Positions 8,225 through 17,037 of a DNA stretch of 64,000 nt are shown in pieces. The stretch's first letter is position 1. Every line of letters starts with the position of its first letter. Made by a program: the position numbers and the translations under genes. The DNA is from a virus. The stretch is from positions 3,062 to 67,061 of IMG/VR virus record IMGVR_UViG_3300036760_000681; one strand, 5' to 3'. The notes under the pieces were generated by a model, which searched no databases, was not told the DNA's origin, and was given only the letters and a program-made list of their open reading frames with translations.

Positions 8225-8275
8225 CGGAAGTGAGGGGCGGGACGGGCCGCACCGAAACGGGCCCGCCTCCCCCTC

Positions 8276-8305
8276 TTGACTTCCCGCCGAAGCCGTGGCA
8301 TATAT
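8276..8305 (+). promoter_or_regulatory. Sigma70-like promoter
   Basis: TTGACT-N17-CATATA(T) upstream of the early-gene run. Confidence 0.55.
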
Positions 8306-8355
8306 CCGGTGCGGTGAGACAGACCGCGCAGTATCACACACAGAAAGGCGGCAGT

Positions 8356-8688
8356 ATGGAAACCCGTAGGCGCCCACATTTCGAGCCGGACGCCGAGGCG
8401 TTCCCGGCCGAGCACTACACCGTCAGCGATTACCGGGGCGTGGCCGTCTACGTCCTGGGTTGGGAAACCGAGCCGGACGAAGAAACGGAATGGTCCGGGT
8501 ACGAGAACCGAACCGGCCGCGCCGTCTACGTCATGGTGGGCGACGACCGCCGCTTGACGTGCGACCCCGAGGACTTGGCCCCGCTGGCCGAGGATGGCTT
8601 TTGCCGCGGCTGTGGGCAAACCGGCTGCGGGCACAACGTCGTGGAGTTGGACGAGCCCGACGACTTCGCCCGCGTGGTGATGCCATGA
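8356..8688 (+). CDS. Conserved small phage protein (VMVGDD / CxxCGQxGC type)
   Basis: RBS and ATG 8356; YVMVGDDR...FCRGCGQTGCGH. Confidence 0.7.
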   Translation: METRRRPHFEPDAEAFPAEHYTVSDYRGVAVYVLGWETEPDEETEWSGYENRTGRAVYVMVGDDRRLTCDPEDLAPLAEDGFCRGCGQTGCGHNVVELDEPDDFARVVMP

Positions 8689-9005
8689 CCGCCCACACGC
8701 CGGGACCGTGGGGTGTCAGCGCGGAACTCCACAACCGAGACGAGCGATTCATCCTGTCCGACGGCGAAGGTGGCCCGGTCATCGCTGCGGTCTGGCCGAT
8801 GGGCGAGGACTTCGACGGCACGGACGACGGAACGCGCGAAGCCAACGCCCGCCTGGTCGCCGCCGCGCCGGAGTTGTTCGAGGCGCTGCGGGCAACCAGC
8901 GACGACCTCGCAGACTTGAGCGGCCTGCTGGCCGACAGACACGCGGTGGTGCTCAACACCATCCGAGACCGCATTGACGCCGCGCTGGCCAAGGTGACGC
9001 CATGA
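8685..9005 (+). CDS. Conserved phage protein (HTPGPW...ANARLxAAAPEL type)
   Basis: Both hallmark motifs are present. Confidence 0.8.
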   Translation: MTAHTPGPWGVSAELHNRDERFILSDGEGGPVIAAVWPMGEDFDGTDDGTREANARLVAAAPELFEALRATSDDLADLSGLLADRHAVVLNTIRDRIDAALAKVTP

Positions 9006-9184
9006 AACTGTGTAATCGCTGCCTCGCCGACCACACCGAAATTGACGACTGCGCGAGCGGCGCCGAGCGGTGCGGCAACTGTGGCAATCCCGACCTGATC
9101 GAACGCGGCGCCCGGCTGGTCTGTGAGGCGTGCGGCGCCACCTACACCCGCGCCGGCCGCTGGGCCGGCTGGGAGGAAGAGTGA
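9002..9184 (+). CDS. Small zinc-finger protein
   Basis: Three CxxC pairs; ATGA overlap. Confidence 0.65.
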   Translation: MKLCNRCLADHTEIDDCASGAERCGNCGNPDLIERGARLVCEACGATYTRAGRWAGWEEE

Positions 9185-9267
9185 AACACCCCGACCCCAA
9201 ACGCTCGCCGGCCCGCAAGGCCCGCGACCTGGCCCGCGCCACGGCGCGGACGCTGAAAGGGAAGTAA
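9181..9267 (+). CDS. 28-aa basic peptide
   Basis: MKHPDPKRSPARKARDLARATARTLKGK; GTGA overlap; similar to the N-terminus of 6631-6897. Confidence 0.55.
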   Translation: MKHPDPKRSPARKARDLARATARTLKGK

Positions 9268-9271
9268 CGTC

Positions 9272-9333
9272 GCCTCGCCGCGCCGCCTCGTTCTCGGATG
9301 GCGGCTGAGGGGTTCGACTCCCCGAGCGGGGCT
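9272..9333 (+). ncRNA. tRNA-like mini structure (acceptor-like stem, one hairpin, T-arm)
   Basis: GCCTCGC/GCGGGGC stem, GCCGCC/GGCGGC hairpin, GGGG-TTCGACT-CCCC. Confidence 0.4.
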
Positions 9334-9381
9334 TGCAGGACGGCGCCGGGCCGATCCCGGCAGACTGAATGGAGGCACCCT

Positions 9382-9837
9382 ATGTCCGTCCCGACGCTGC
9401 AAACACTGGCCGAAGAGGTCCGCGCCGGCTTCACGCTCGACAAGCGGACCGATGGGTCCGAGTACTGGACCCGGCGCGACAAGTCGGAGCGATGGATCAC
9501 CGACCTGTGCCACGAGGCGCACGGCGACATGATGCCCGACGACGTGCGATATGAGTACATCGTTGACGCGCTCGACATTATCGCCGAGCACGGCGACGAC
9601 GCCGACGCGGCGGAATCGCTCGACTCGAACGTGGACATCTACAACAGCGACCGCACCGCCTGGCTCGCCTCGCACAACGGCCGGCAGGAGTACGCCGATC
9701 GCGCCGTGAGTGACGGCCTGTGCGACGGCGCCGACATCATGCAGACACTCGGCTGCGCGCAGTACCTCGAACGGGAAGAGGTCTACGGTTCGGTGTTGGC
9801 GTCCTTGCAGGCGCAACTTGAAGAGGTCGAGGCATGA
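9382..9837 (+). CDS. Acidic protein, Ocr-like DNA-mimic candidate
   Basis: GGAGG RBS; D/E-rich; C-terminal half resembles T7 Ocr by eye. Confidence 0.55.
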   Translation: MSVPTLQTLAEEVRAGFTLDKRTDGSEYWTRRDKSERWITDLCHEAHGDMMPDDVRYEYIVDALDIIAEHGDDADAAESLDSNVDIYNSDRTAWLASHNGRQEYADRAVSDGLCDGADIMQTLGCAQYLEREEVYGSVLASLQAQLEEVEA

Positions 9838-10067
9838 CCCGCCCGACCTTCACCCCCGGCCGGCGCGTGGTGCTGCGCGCCGGCGCCCTGTTTGCCCGCG
9901 ACCAACGGAATCAGCGCGTCCAGAACGGCGGCCTCAGCGTGACCGTGACCCGCGCCCATCAGTCCTATTTGCCCCATGCCGCGTATGAGTGGGAAGGGCT
10001 CGACGCGCACGGACGCCCGATCCTGTTCATGGCGACCGACGCCGAACTCGTAGGTAACCTCCCATGA
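9834..10067 (+). CDS. Hypothetical protein
   Basis: ATGA coupling. Confidence 0.6.
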   Translation: MTRPTFTPGRRVVLRAGALFARDQRNQRVQNGGLSVTVTRAHQSYLPHAAYEWEGLDAHGRPILFMATDAELVGNLP

Positions 10068-10378
10068 CCCGCCTTACCTCCCGCGCCGCCACCCTGGCCG
10101 GCTACACGCTCGCCCGCACCGACAGCGGCCGGACGCGCGTGATCGGCCCGGACGGCACGAAGTACGCGCCGTGCGACCCCTCGCGCGCTACGCTGGTGAT
10201 CGTCCCCGGCGCCGCGGTGCCTGCCGAGCGCGACGCCGCCGGCAACTGCCGGACGTGCGGCGAGGCCGGTCGCTGCCCCGGCTGGCACGGGACGCCAGGC
10301 ATCCTCCCGCTGACCCTGAAGGCAACCGAAATGCCGGCGGCCCTGCTGCTGGCGCTCACCGAAAGGCGGAAGGTATGA
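10064..10378 (+). CDS. Hypothetical protein
   Basis: ATGA coupling; CRTCGEAGRCPGWH. Confidence 0.6.
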   Translation: MTRLTSRAATLAGYTLARTDSGRTRVIGPDGTKYAPCDPSRATLVIVPGAAVPAERDAAGNCRTCGEAGRCPGWHGTPGILPLTLKATEMPAALLLALTERRKV

Positions 10379-10545
10379 AGCCTCTCAAGATCGAATGCCC
10401 GCGCTGTGACGGCGACGGCGAAGAGCCCGGCGCCCCGGTTGATCTGGTAGACGGTACGGCGCTGTGCGGACTGTGCGACGGCCACGGTATGGTCAGTCAG
10501 GCGCGCGTCCGAGAGTACGAGCGGGAAGAAGGGGCGAGCGCATGA
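10375..10545 (+). CDS. DnaJ-type CxxCxGxG zinc-finger mini protein
   Basis: CPRCDGDG...CGLCDGHG. Confidence 0.65.
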   Translation: MKPLKIECPRCDGDGEEPGAPVDLVDGTALCGLCDGHGMVSQARVREYEREEGASA

Positions 10546-10826
10546 AACTCACCGGCAACCTGACCTGCGCGACGTGCGGCGAGCCGATCCGCGGCAGCGT
10601 CGAACGGCTGAACGGCTGCGCGTTGCTCGACGTGGACCCGAGCGGGGCCGCCGAGTACGCCGGGGAAACTGACGTGTGGTGGGACGAACAGCGCAGCGTA
10701 TCGCGCGACCCGCGCCGCCTCGTGGTCATCTGCCCGAACGCTCACGAGTGGACCGTGGGCGTCGAGCACGACGCGCCGCACCCCATCATGCGCGCCATTC
10801 TGGACGCTTCCGAGTCGCTCGCCTGA
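10542..10826 (+). CDS. Hypothetical zinc-ribbon protein
   Basis: CATCG...CPNAHEW; coupled. Confidence 0.6.
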   Translation: MKLTGNLTCATCGEPIRGSVERLNGCALLDVDPSGAAEYAGETDVWWDEQRSVSRDPRRLVVICPNAHEWTVGVEHDAPHPIMRAILDASESLA

Positions 10827-10996
10827 TGCCCTGCCCCCGCTGCCACTACCGCGCCGGCCATGCGCCGGGCTGCCTGGACGCGAGCCCGACCGCGGCCGGT
10901 TGCGGCTACTACGTCCTGCTGTTCGCCGTCACCCTCGCCGCGCTGGCGTGGCTGTACGGCATCCTGATTTCACCCACACAGCGAGGTTTCCGATGA
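10826..10996 (+). CDS. Small membrane protein
   Basis: CPRC...HAPGC followed by one TM helix. Confidence 0.55.
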   Translation: MPCPRCHYRAGHAPGCLDASPTAAGCGYYVLLFAVTLAALAWLYGILISPTQRGFR

Positions 10997-11250
10997 GCCC
11001 CACCGAAAAACAGATCGCCGCCCCGCGCTACCTCCAGAACCGCGTGACCTCCGTCACGCCCCGCACCGGCGCATTTGCCGGGCTGGAGGTGTTCACCAAC
11101 CGCCAGGGCGAGGGAATTTTTACCCGCCGGGCGGACGGATCGCACCAGCAACACACCGGCACCGGCCAGACCCCGGCGTTCCGCTCGTCACGGCAGTTGG
11201 CCGCGTGGTTGCGACGCCACTACGCCGGTTACGAGGTGTCCCATGTCTGA
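10993..11250 (+). CDS. Hypothetical protein
   Basis: GAGG RBS, ATGA coupling. Confidence 0.6.
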   Translation: MSPTEKQIAAPRYLQNRVTSVTPRTGAFAGLEVFTNRQGEGIFTRRADGSHQQHTGTGQTPAFRSSRQLAAWLRRHYAGYEVSHV

Positions 11251-11459
11251 CCTCACCGAACAACACAATGCGGGGAAACGGCATTGCCGTACTCGGCTAT
11301 GGCGCAACGCATTGCCCCAAGGGACACCCACACGGCGGATCGAACGCGTATCCGTCTGATGTTAGGGTGAACAATACTGCTTGTCGCGAATGCCGGAAGG
11401 CGCGCAACGCCGCCCGCCGCCGCAAGCGTCAACTGTCGAGACTGGAGGCCCCCCGATGA
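11243..11459 (+). pseudogene. HNH endonuclease C-terminal zinc module remnant
   Basis: NNTMRG...THCPKGH...CRECRK matches the tails of the HNH paralogs, but the HNH core is absent and the coupled ATG is out of frame. Confidence 0.55.
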
Positions 11460-11625
11460 CGGGCGACGAGGTACTCGTCTGCCTGCTCGGTATCGCTGTT
11501 CTGGCTAAGGCGTGGGACGCGATAGCGTGGTGGCGGGAACGGCGGTAGCCCACGCGGGCGGCTTCGCACTGAGCCAGGCCGCCCGCGCCACCTCCCACCG
11601 CAGCGCGAACAGAAGCCACTGCGCG

Positions 11626-12098
11626 TCAGTCGCGAGCAACACAGGATACCGCCCTTCTCTTCCGGTAAGACCGCGCCGCCGTGTTGGCGCACACGCGGCA
11701 TACCCGTCGGCCCACGCGCAATCTGCCGGGCTGAAGATTGTCCGCGGTAAGTTTGTGACTGCGCTTACAGTACGTCTGCGCAGCGCACGCTGACGTGACC
11801 GTATCTCCCCGGAGCACGTTTTCGCGAACGCTGACGGGTCGGACGTGGGCCGGGTTGCAACAGGCTTTCGCGCACCGTTCCGGCATCAGAAAATGGTCGA
11901 GGTGCATACCTGGCGGAACGGGACCGACCTCGCGCTCATACCTGACGCGATGCGCAAGGCGATTCACGCCGTCAGCGTCGCATAGCCCTTGCGGTTGATG
12001 GCCCCGACCCAGATATGACAGCCTGAACCGTCCTCGATCCAGCCGGGCGAGTCCTTCCGCCGAGGAGACGGGTTCCACGCCACGAACACGCCGGTCAC
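11626..12098 (-). pseudogene. HNH endonuclease with frameshift near 11975
   Basis: GWIEDGSGCHIWVGAINRKGY lies in a different frame from AHRVRYEREVGPVP...LDH...CCNPAH. The paralog at 24869-25369 has both parts in one frame. Confidence 0.75.
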
Positions 12099-12107
12099 TG
12101 TTGGCCC

Positions 12108-13046
12108 CTAACGAGGATCATCTTCGCTCCCGAGGTCACAGACAAATCCGCGCTCGCACCACAACCGAACCGTCCGGTCCCGCGCCGCGTCGAGCAGTCG
12201 GTGCTTCCGACAGGTTACCCGCATCACGTTCGGTTCCTCCAGGTCGCGCAGCGTTTGCCGACCGAGCCGGATATCCTTGAGGTTGATCTTCGCGTCGGCC
12301 CGGAGGGCGCGAGACAGTACGAGCACCACGTCGGCTTCTTCCGCAATCGCGGAGGTTTCTTTGATCCGGTCCAGGTGTGGCGCCGTGTAGCGGTCGAGCA
12401 CGTCATTCCCTGAGCGGTTGAGCTGCGCCGCGGCGATTAGGGCCACCTGGTACTCGCGCGCCAAGTCCTTCAAGGCCCGGCCCAGGTCGGTCCACTGCAC
12501 CCGCGCATCGTGGCCGCCGCTGATGGCGAGCCGGTGGATGTGGTCGAGCATGACCGTTGTGGCGCCGAAACTCTCGACGGCCCACTGGACCCCGGCGCGG
12601 ATCTGCTCGAACGTGCACCGCCGACCGGGAAGGAACTGCACCGGCTCCGCGAGTTGGTCCCACAACACCGCGTCGAACTCTTCTTGCGCGCCGCGGGGAA
12701 GGTCGGCCCACTTGTTCAGCGCAACGATTTCCCACGGCAGGCCGACGCGCAGGCAGGCCCATTGTCGCCTCGCCTGTTCCGGGTCAATCTCGAGCGGGAC
12801 GTAGAGGACGCCGACACCCTTGCGGGCCATATCGTCAAGCTGGGAAAGTTGCAGCGTGGACTTGCCCTGGCCTATGCCCGCCGCCAGTACGATCAGGTTG
12901 CCGGGCACCATCGGCCCTAGGAGTCGGTGCAGGTCGGGCCAGCGCCAACGGGGGCAGTGGGCATAGTCGCGGCCGCGCACGGCGCCGGCGGACGTCAGTT
13001 GATCCGAGGCGAGGGACCACGGGTCCTTGAGGTCGTCGGTCGTCAT
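12108..13046 (-). CDS. DnaB-like replicative helicase (C-terminal ATPase domain only)
   Basis: AAGIGQGKS Walker A, PLEID, MLDHIH, AAQLNR, IAEEADVV, KHR. Confidence 0.85.
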   Translation of the reverse strand: MTTDDLKDPWSLASDQLTSAGAVRGRDYAHCPRWRWPDLHRLLGPMVPGNLIVLAAGIGQGKSTLQLSQLDDMARKGVGVLYVPLEIDPEQARRQWACLRVGLPWEIVALNKWADLPRGAQEEFDAVLWDQLAEPVQFLPGRRCTFEQIRAGVQWAVESFGATTVMLDHIHRLAISGGHDARVQWTDLGRALKDLAREYQVALIAAAQLNRSGNDVLDRYTAPHLDRIKETSAIAEEADVVLVLSRALRADAKINLKDIRLGRQTLRDLEEPNVMRVTCRKHRLLDAARDRTVRLWCERGFVCDLGSEDDPR

Positions 13047-13116
13047 CGCACCTCGGTCAGCGTCAGGATCACCACGGTCGTTGGGGCTTTCTTCTGGGCA
13101 ACTGTTTTTGGGTCGC

Positions 13117-14448
13117 TCACCGAGAGTCCCCCTCCACCCGCTCGATGGCCCGGAAGATCGCCAGCGGTATCCAGGGCACGATGGCGTTGCCCACCAGCCG
13201 GCACCCCGCCGCCCGGTTGGGCATTCCCGAAACAACCGGCCATGAGGTCATCCAGCCTTCCGCTTCCGGCGCGAAGTCGGTCGTTTCGTGGGCGAGGTCG
13301 CCGGCCCTGAAGCCTCCTCCACCGCCGGACATTCGGTTGCCGCTTCCTCGCGGCGTGGCGTCGTGCGCTTGGGGCGTTGTCCACGGAACACCGGCTCGTC
13401 CAGCCAGTCCACCGGCAGGCCCATCAGCCACAAACCGAATCTGGGATTGTAGGCCGCCCGAGAGCCCGTCAACGCCCGCGCCTGATTTCCGATGCCCATC
13501 GTCTCCAGAACGGCATCCGGGTTCCCGGCTTTCTCCGCTCGGGTTCGATGCCCCCGATTCGGTGCGTCGGGGGCTGTGTCCGGCGTCGCCCATGCCTTCA
13601 CCTCGCCCGGCAGCAGCAGTTCTTCCCGCGTCTCCTGCCCCACCTGTCGGCGCCGCTCGCCGCTGAAGCCCGCTGGCGTCTGCCACGGCGTCACCGGGGA
13701 CGAGTCGGACGGTGCCATCGGCTCCCCGAACAGCGATGGCGTCGGACCAGGGTCGCCGAATTGGTTGGCCTGGCGTCCGAGTTGATCGTCCCGCTTCCGC
13801 AGCGATCCGTCCGGGTTCGTCGCTTCCACGGCCATCCCCGGCAAGTCTTTCCAGTCCCGCGCCGAGGGCGTGGCCCAACTCGCCAACGTGTTCGGCAAGT
13901 CGTTCTCCTCGCCCTTCATGCTGCGGCCCGATGGCCTCTTCCAGTCGCGGGCCTGCGGCGTCGGATAGATGAGCGACGATCCAGACCCGTTCTCTCTTGT
14001 GGGGGGCGCCCACATCGGCAGCGGCGACACGGAACCAGCTCGCATCGTACCCGAGGCGGGCCAGGTCTCCGAGTACTTCCCCGAAGGCAGCGCCTCCGTT
14101 GACTGAAAGAAGTCCGGGGACATTTTCGAGTAGCGCCCAGCGCGGTCGAAGCGCCCCAAGGCATCGTGCAACTTCGGGCCAGAGCCATCGCTCGTCCCCG
14201 GTGCCGCGTCGCCGGCCAGCGGTCGAAGCTGGCTGACAAGGAAATCCTCCAACGACGATATCGGGTCGCTCAACGTGACTCCAATCAATCAGCGTGACAT
14301 CGCCCAGGTTCGGCGCGTCGGGGAAGTGGTGCGCCATTGTCTTGCAGGCCCACGGTTCGATCTCGATGTAGGCCGTCGTCTGCCAGCCGACCCACCGGGC
14401 CGCCAAGTCGAAGCCTCCCAACCCGGAAAACAGGCTGAGAACTCTCAT
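13117..14448 (-). CDS. DNA (cytosine-5) methyltransferase, alpha chain
   Basis: FSGLGG (motif I), GGFPCQ (IV), ENV (VI), PHKRER (VIII), LVGNAIVP (X). Probable start MRVLSLF at 14448. Confidence 0.9.
   Translation of the reverse strand: MRVLSLFSGLGGFDLAARWVGWQTTAYIEIEPWACKTMAHHFPDAPNLGDVTLIDWSHVERPDIVVGGFPCQPASTAGRRRGTGDERWLWPEVARCLGALRPRWALLENVPGLLSVNGGAAFGEVLGDLARLGYDASWFRVAAADVGAPHKRERVWIVAHLSDAAGPRLEEAIGPQHEGRGERLAEHVGELGHALGAGLERLAGDGRGSDEPGRIAAEAGRSTRTPGQPIRRPWSDAIAVRGADGTVRLVPGDAVADASGLQRRAAPTGGAGDAGRTAAAGRGEGMGDAGHSPRRTESGASNPSGESREPGCRSGDDGHRKSGAGVDGLSGGLQSQIRFVADGPAGGLAGRAGVPWTTPQAHDATPRGSGNRMSGGGGGFRAGDLAHETTDFAPEAEGWMTSWPVVSGMPNRAAGCRLVGNAIVPWIPLAIFRAIERVEGDSR
13248..14123 (-). 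CDS. C5 methyltransferase beta chain in an overlapping frame (motif IX and putative TRD repeats); start could be 14288
   Basis: YNPRFGLWLMGLPVDW is motif IX; repeated (Y/W)xTP..RDWK units. Confidence 0.7.
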   Translation of the reverse strand: MSPDFFQSTEALPSGKYSETWPASGTMRAGSVSPLPMWAPPTRENGSGSSLIYPTPQARDWKRPSGRSMKGEENDLPNTLASWATPSARDWKDLPGMAVEATNPDGSLRKRDDQLGRQANQFGDPGPTPSLFGEPMAPSDSSPVTPWQTPAGFSGERRRQVGQETREELLLPGEVKAWATPDTAPDAPNRGHRTRAEKAGNPDAVLETMGIGNQARALTGSRAAYNPRFGLWLMGLPVDWLDEPVFRGQRPKRTTPRREEAATECPAVEEASGPATSPTKRPTSRRKRKAG

Positions 14449-14947
14449 CTCTCCACCCCGTGGGGCGCCGAGCAGGACGGAGAACGGGTCACGTTTCGAT
14501 CTCCATTTGTCCGAATGCGAATGATTTGCGACTTGTCGCGCGACCACGAGGATGGCTTGCCGTCCTTGCTGCGCCCCGTCACGACCCACCCGTCCGCCTC
14601 GCGGCTCTCGTCGCCCAACTGCTTCATGAGCGCGTACATCTCGTCGCTCCACGGCGTTCCCCATTTGGAAATCGGCGCCGCTTCGTCGGGACCGCCTGAC
14701 AGTCTCTGTAACGAGCGGACGCCACGCGGGAAGCGCGTTCATTTCCGCCATGCGCCCGCGCCACTCAGGCATCAGCTTCAGCAGTCGGTAACAGCGCCCG
14801 AAGTCACCACAGTCTGTAGGGCACGTCCTCGAGAGCGCCTTCCTCGGACAGCCCCATCATGACGCGCCAGATGGACTTACTCGACATGCCCGTATCGTCG
14901 CCCACAATCCAGGCGAGGGCCTTGCGTGAGGGGGTGCGGGGGGTCAT
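14445..14947 (-). pseudogene. Frameshifted conserved phage hypothetical gene
   Basis: WIVGDDTGMSSKSIW, DCGDFGRCYRLLKLMPEW and EMYALMKQ fall in successive different frames. Confidence 0.5.
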
Positions 14948-15087
14948 GGCTCCCCCACCCTCTCAGCCCGCCCTCGGGGCTGGTGTTCCCAGAAGCCGAT
15001 GCGCCCGAAGAAGTAGCCCCACGCGAAGCCGCCCACGAAGAACAGCGCGAAGCCGAACACCGCCACGAAGAAGGAAAACGGTTTCAT
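14944..15087 (-). CDS. Small membrane protein (47 aa)
   Basis: Manual translation MKPFSFFVAVFGFALFFVGGFAWGYFFG... Confidence 0.55.
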   Translation of the reverse strand: MKPFSFFVAVFGFALFFVGGFAWGYFFGRIGFWEHQPRGRAERVGEP

Positions 15088-16137
15088 CTACGGTTCCCCT
15101 TGGGGCGAAAGAGAGGGAACAGCGCTACCCAGAAGGGGCGCGAACAACGACCCCTGTGCCGCCGCGTCCGCGATGCGCTTCTCGGCCAGTGTGACGTAGG
15201 CGGGATTCAACTCGATGCCGACGAAGCGGCGACCGTGATTCACCGCGACCGCGCCCGTTGTCCCACTTCCGGTGAAGGGGTCGAGCACCGTGTCACCGAC
15301 CGCCGAGCCCGCGAGGATGCACCGCTCGGCCAGTTTCTCGGGGAAGGTGGCAAAGTGGGCTTCGGGATAGGGCTGGGTGGCGATGCTCCAGACCGTGCGG
15401 GCGTTGCGGGTGCCGCGCTCGTCACCGTCCGAGGCGTCCCACCGTGCGTTGAAGCCCGCATGGCGGCGACCGTGGCCGTCTTGTTTCAGCGCCCGCGCCT
15501 CGGCAGATTGCTGGCGTCCGTTGCCGTTCGTGCCCGTCTTGCCCTCGGTGAACGTGCTGCCCGCCGCGCCCTTGACGACGGGCTCCGCAATCGCCGCCGC
15601 ATCGTAGAAGTACCGCTCCCGCTTCGACAGCAGGAACAGGTATTCATGCGCCTTCGTCGGTCGGTCGGTCACGCTCTCCGGCATCGGGTTCGGCTTTGAC
15701 CAGATGATGTCGCTTCGCAGATACCAGCCGTCGGCTTGCAACGCGAAAGCCACGCGCCACGGGATGCCGACGAGATCCTTCGGCTTCAGCCCGGGCACTG
15801 CGGCACTTGGCCCGACGCTCAGGCTTCCGTGGTTTGACTGCTGCTTGTCGAACGGCGAGTCAACGGGATTGCCGCCCCGCCCGCCACCGCAGTACGAATC
15901 ACCAATCACCAGCCACAGCGTGCCGTCCTCGGCCAGCACCCGCCGCACCTCGCGGAACACCGCTACCAGGTTGGCGGCGTAAGCCTCTGGCGTGGCTTCG
16001 AGGCCGAGTTGTCCGCTCACCCCGTAATCCCGCAGACCCCAGTATGGAGGCGAAGTAACGCAGCAGCGGGCGCACCCATCGGGTAACGCTTTGAGCGAGA
16101 TCAGCGCATCGCCGCAGACCACGTCCCATTGCCTCAT
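15088..16137 (-). CDS. Site-specific DNA methyltransferase, N4-C/N6-A beta class
   Basis: N-terminal TSPPYWGLRDYG; HFATFP...VLDPFTGSGTT...GIELNP at the C-terminus. Confidence 0.92.
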   Translation of the reverse strand: MRQWDVVCGDALISLKALPDGCARCCVTSPPYWGLRDYGVSGQLGLEATPEAYAANLVAVFREVRRVLAEDGTLWLVIGDSYCGGGRGGNPVDSPFDKQQSNHGSLSVGPSAAVPGLKPKDLVGIPWRVAFALQADGWYLRSDIIWSKPNPMPESVTDRPTKAHEYLFLLSKRERYFYDAAAIAEPVVKGAAGSTFTEGKTGTNGNGRQQSAEARALKQDGHGRRHAGFNARWDASDGDERGTRNARTVWSIATQPYPEAHFATFPEKLAERCILAGSAVGDTVLDPFTGSGTTGAVAVNHGRRFVGIELNPAYVTLAEKRIADAAAQGSLFAPLLGSAVPSLSPQGEP

Positions 16138-16312
16138 GTGTTTTACTCCCCACCCGCAGAGACCGACCGAGAGGACGACAACGTGATGGGCGGCAGGCGC
16201 AACGCCGCACGCACGGCCAGCTCCACTTGCTGGTCATTGATGCACCGAATGCCGTTCAGCCACACCGGATAGCGGGCCACCTTCTTGCGTGGGGTGCGGG
16301 CCTTCGGGGTCA

Positions 16313-16612
16313 TCACGCGCCCGTAGACTCGGGAACCAGCAGCAACTCGCGTTCCCTGGCAACTGCCGGACGCGGGCCGTACTTGTACTGCATCTCCACG
16401 ACCTTGAGCATCTTGCCGCCCGCATTGCAGGCCGCCGCCCCGGTCTCGGGGGACACCCGCCCGCTGATGAGGTCGGCCATGAGCGCGGACATCATCTCCG
16501 CGAACTGATGGCCGGTGCGGACGCCGCGCTCGGCAATGGCGAGGCTTCGGGGCGTGTCCCGGAGAGCATCCGCTTCACCGCTCGCAGCTTCGATCTTCCG
16601 GCGCTGATCCAT
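16313..16612 (-). CDS. Hypothetical protein
   Basis: AGGAG RBS; helical protein overlapping the upstream gene's 3' end. Confidence 0.65.
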   Translation of the reverse strand: MDQRRKIEAASGEADALRDTPRSLAIAERGVRTGHQFAEMMSALMADLISGRVSPETGAAACNAGGKMLKVVEMQYKYGPRPAVARERELLLVPESTGA

Positions 16613-17019
16613 TGTGATTCTCCTTCAGGATTGAGTGGGCCTTCGTAGTACCAGCGGCGCAACAGTGCTTTGCGCTTCGCCTTGATGTCCGGTCGCTTGA
16701 TCCATTCACGCGCAAGGCCGTTGTAGTGTTCGCGCCGATGCTCGGCACAGAGTTGTCCGTAGACCGAACCGTTGCCCGCGTGGCGCACCATCCTTGCCGG
16801 AGCGCCGCAGACCTTGCACTTTCCGCTGTTCACCTTGCTGGCCGATCCGCGACCACGGGTCGCCACTCCCATTTCTTTCATGGCGCGTTCGACACTCTTA
16901 TGCGTGACGCCGAATACTTCGGCCATCTCCGGCAGCGTCATCTCGTCGCCCCAGTACATCGCCGTCAGCAACACCCGGTCGCGGGGAATGACGATGCCGT
17001 GATTGCCCGTCCTAGCCAT
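16492..17019 (-). CDS. HTH plus zinc-finger DNA-binding protein
   Basis: MTLPEMAEVFGVTHKSVERAM HTH; CKVCG...CAEH. Confidence 0.65.
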   Translation of the reverse strand: MARTGNHGIVIPRDRVLLTAMYWGDEMTLPEMAEVFGVTHKSVERAMKEMGVATRGRGSASKVNSGKCKVCGAPARMVRHAGNGSVYGQLCAEHRREHYNGLAREWIKRPDIKAKRKALLRRWYYEGPLNPEGESQWISAGRSKLRAVKRMLSGTRPEASPLPSAASAPAISSRR

Positions 17020-17037
17020 GGGTGCGGGCCTTCGGGC

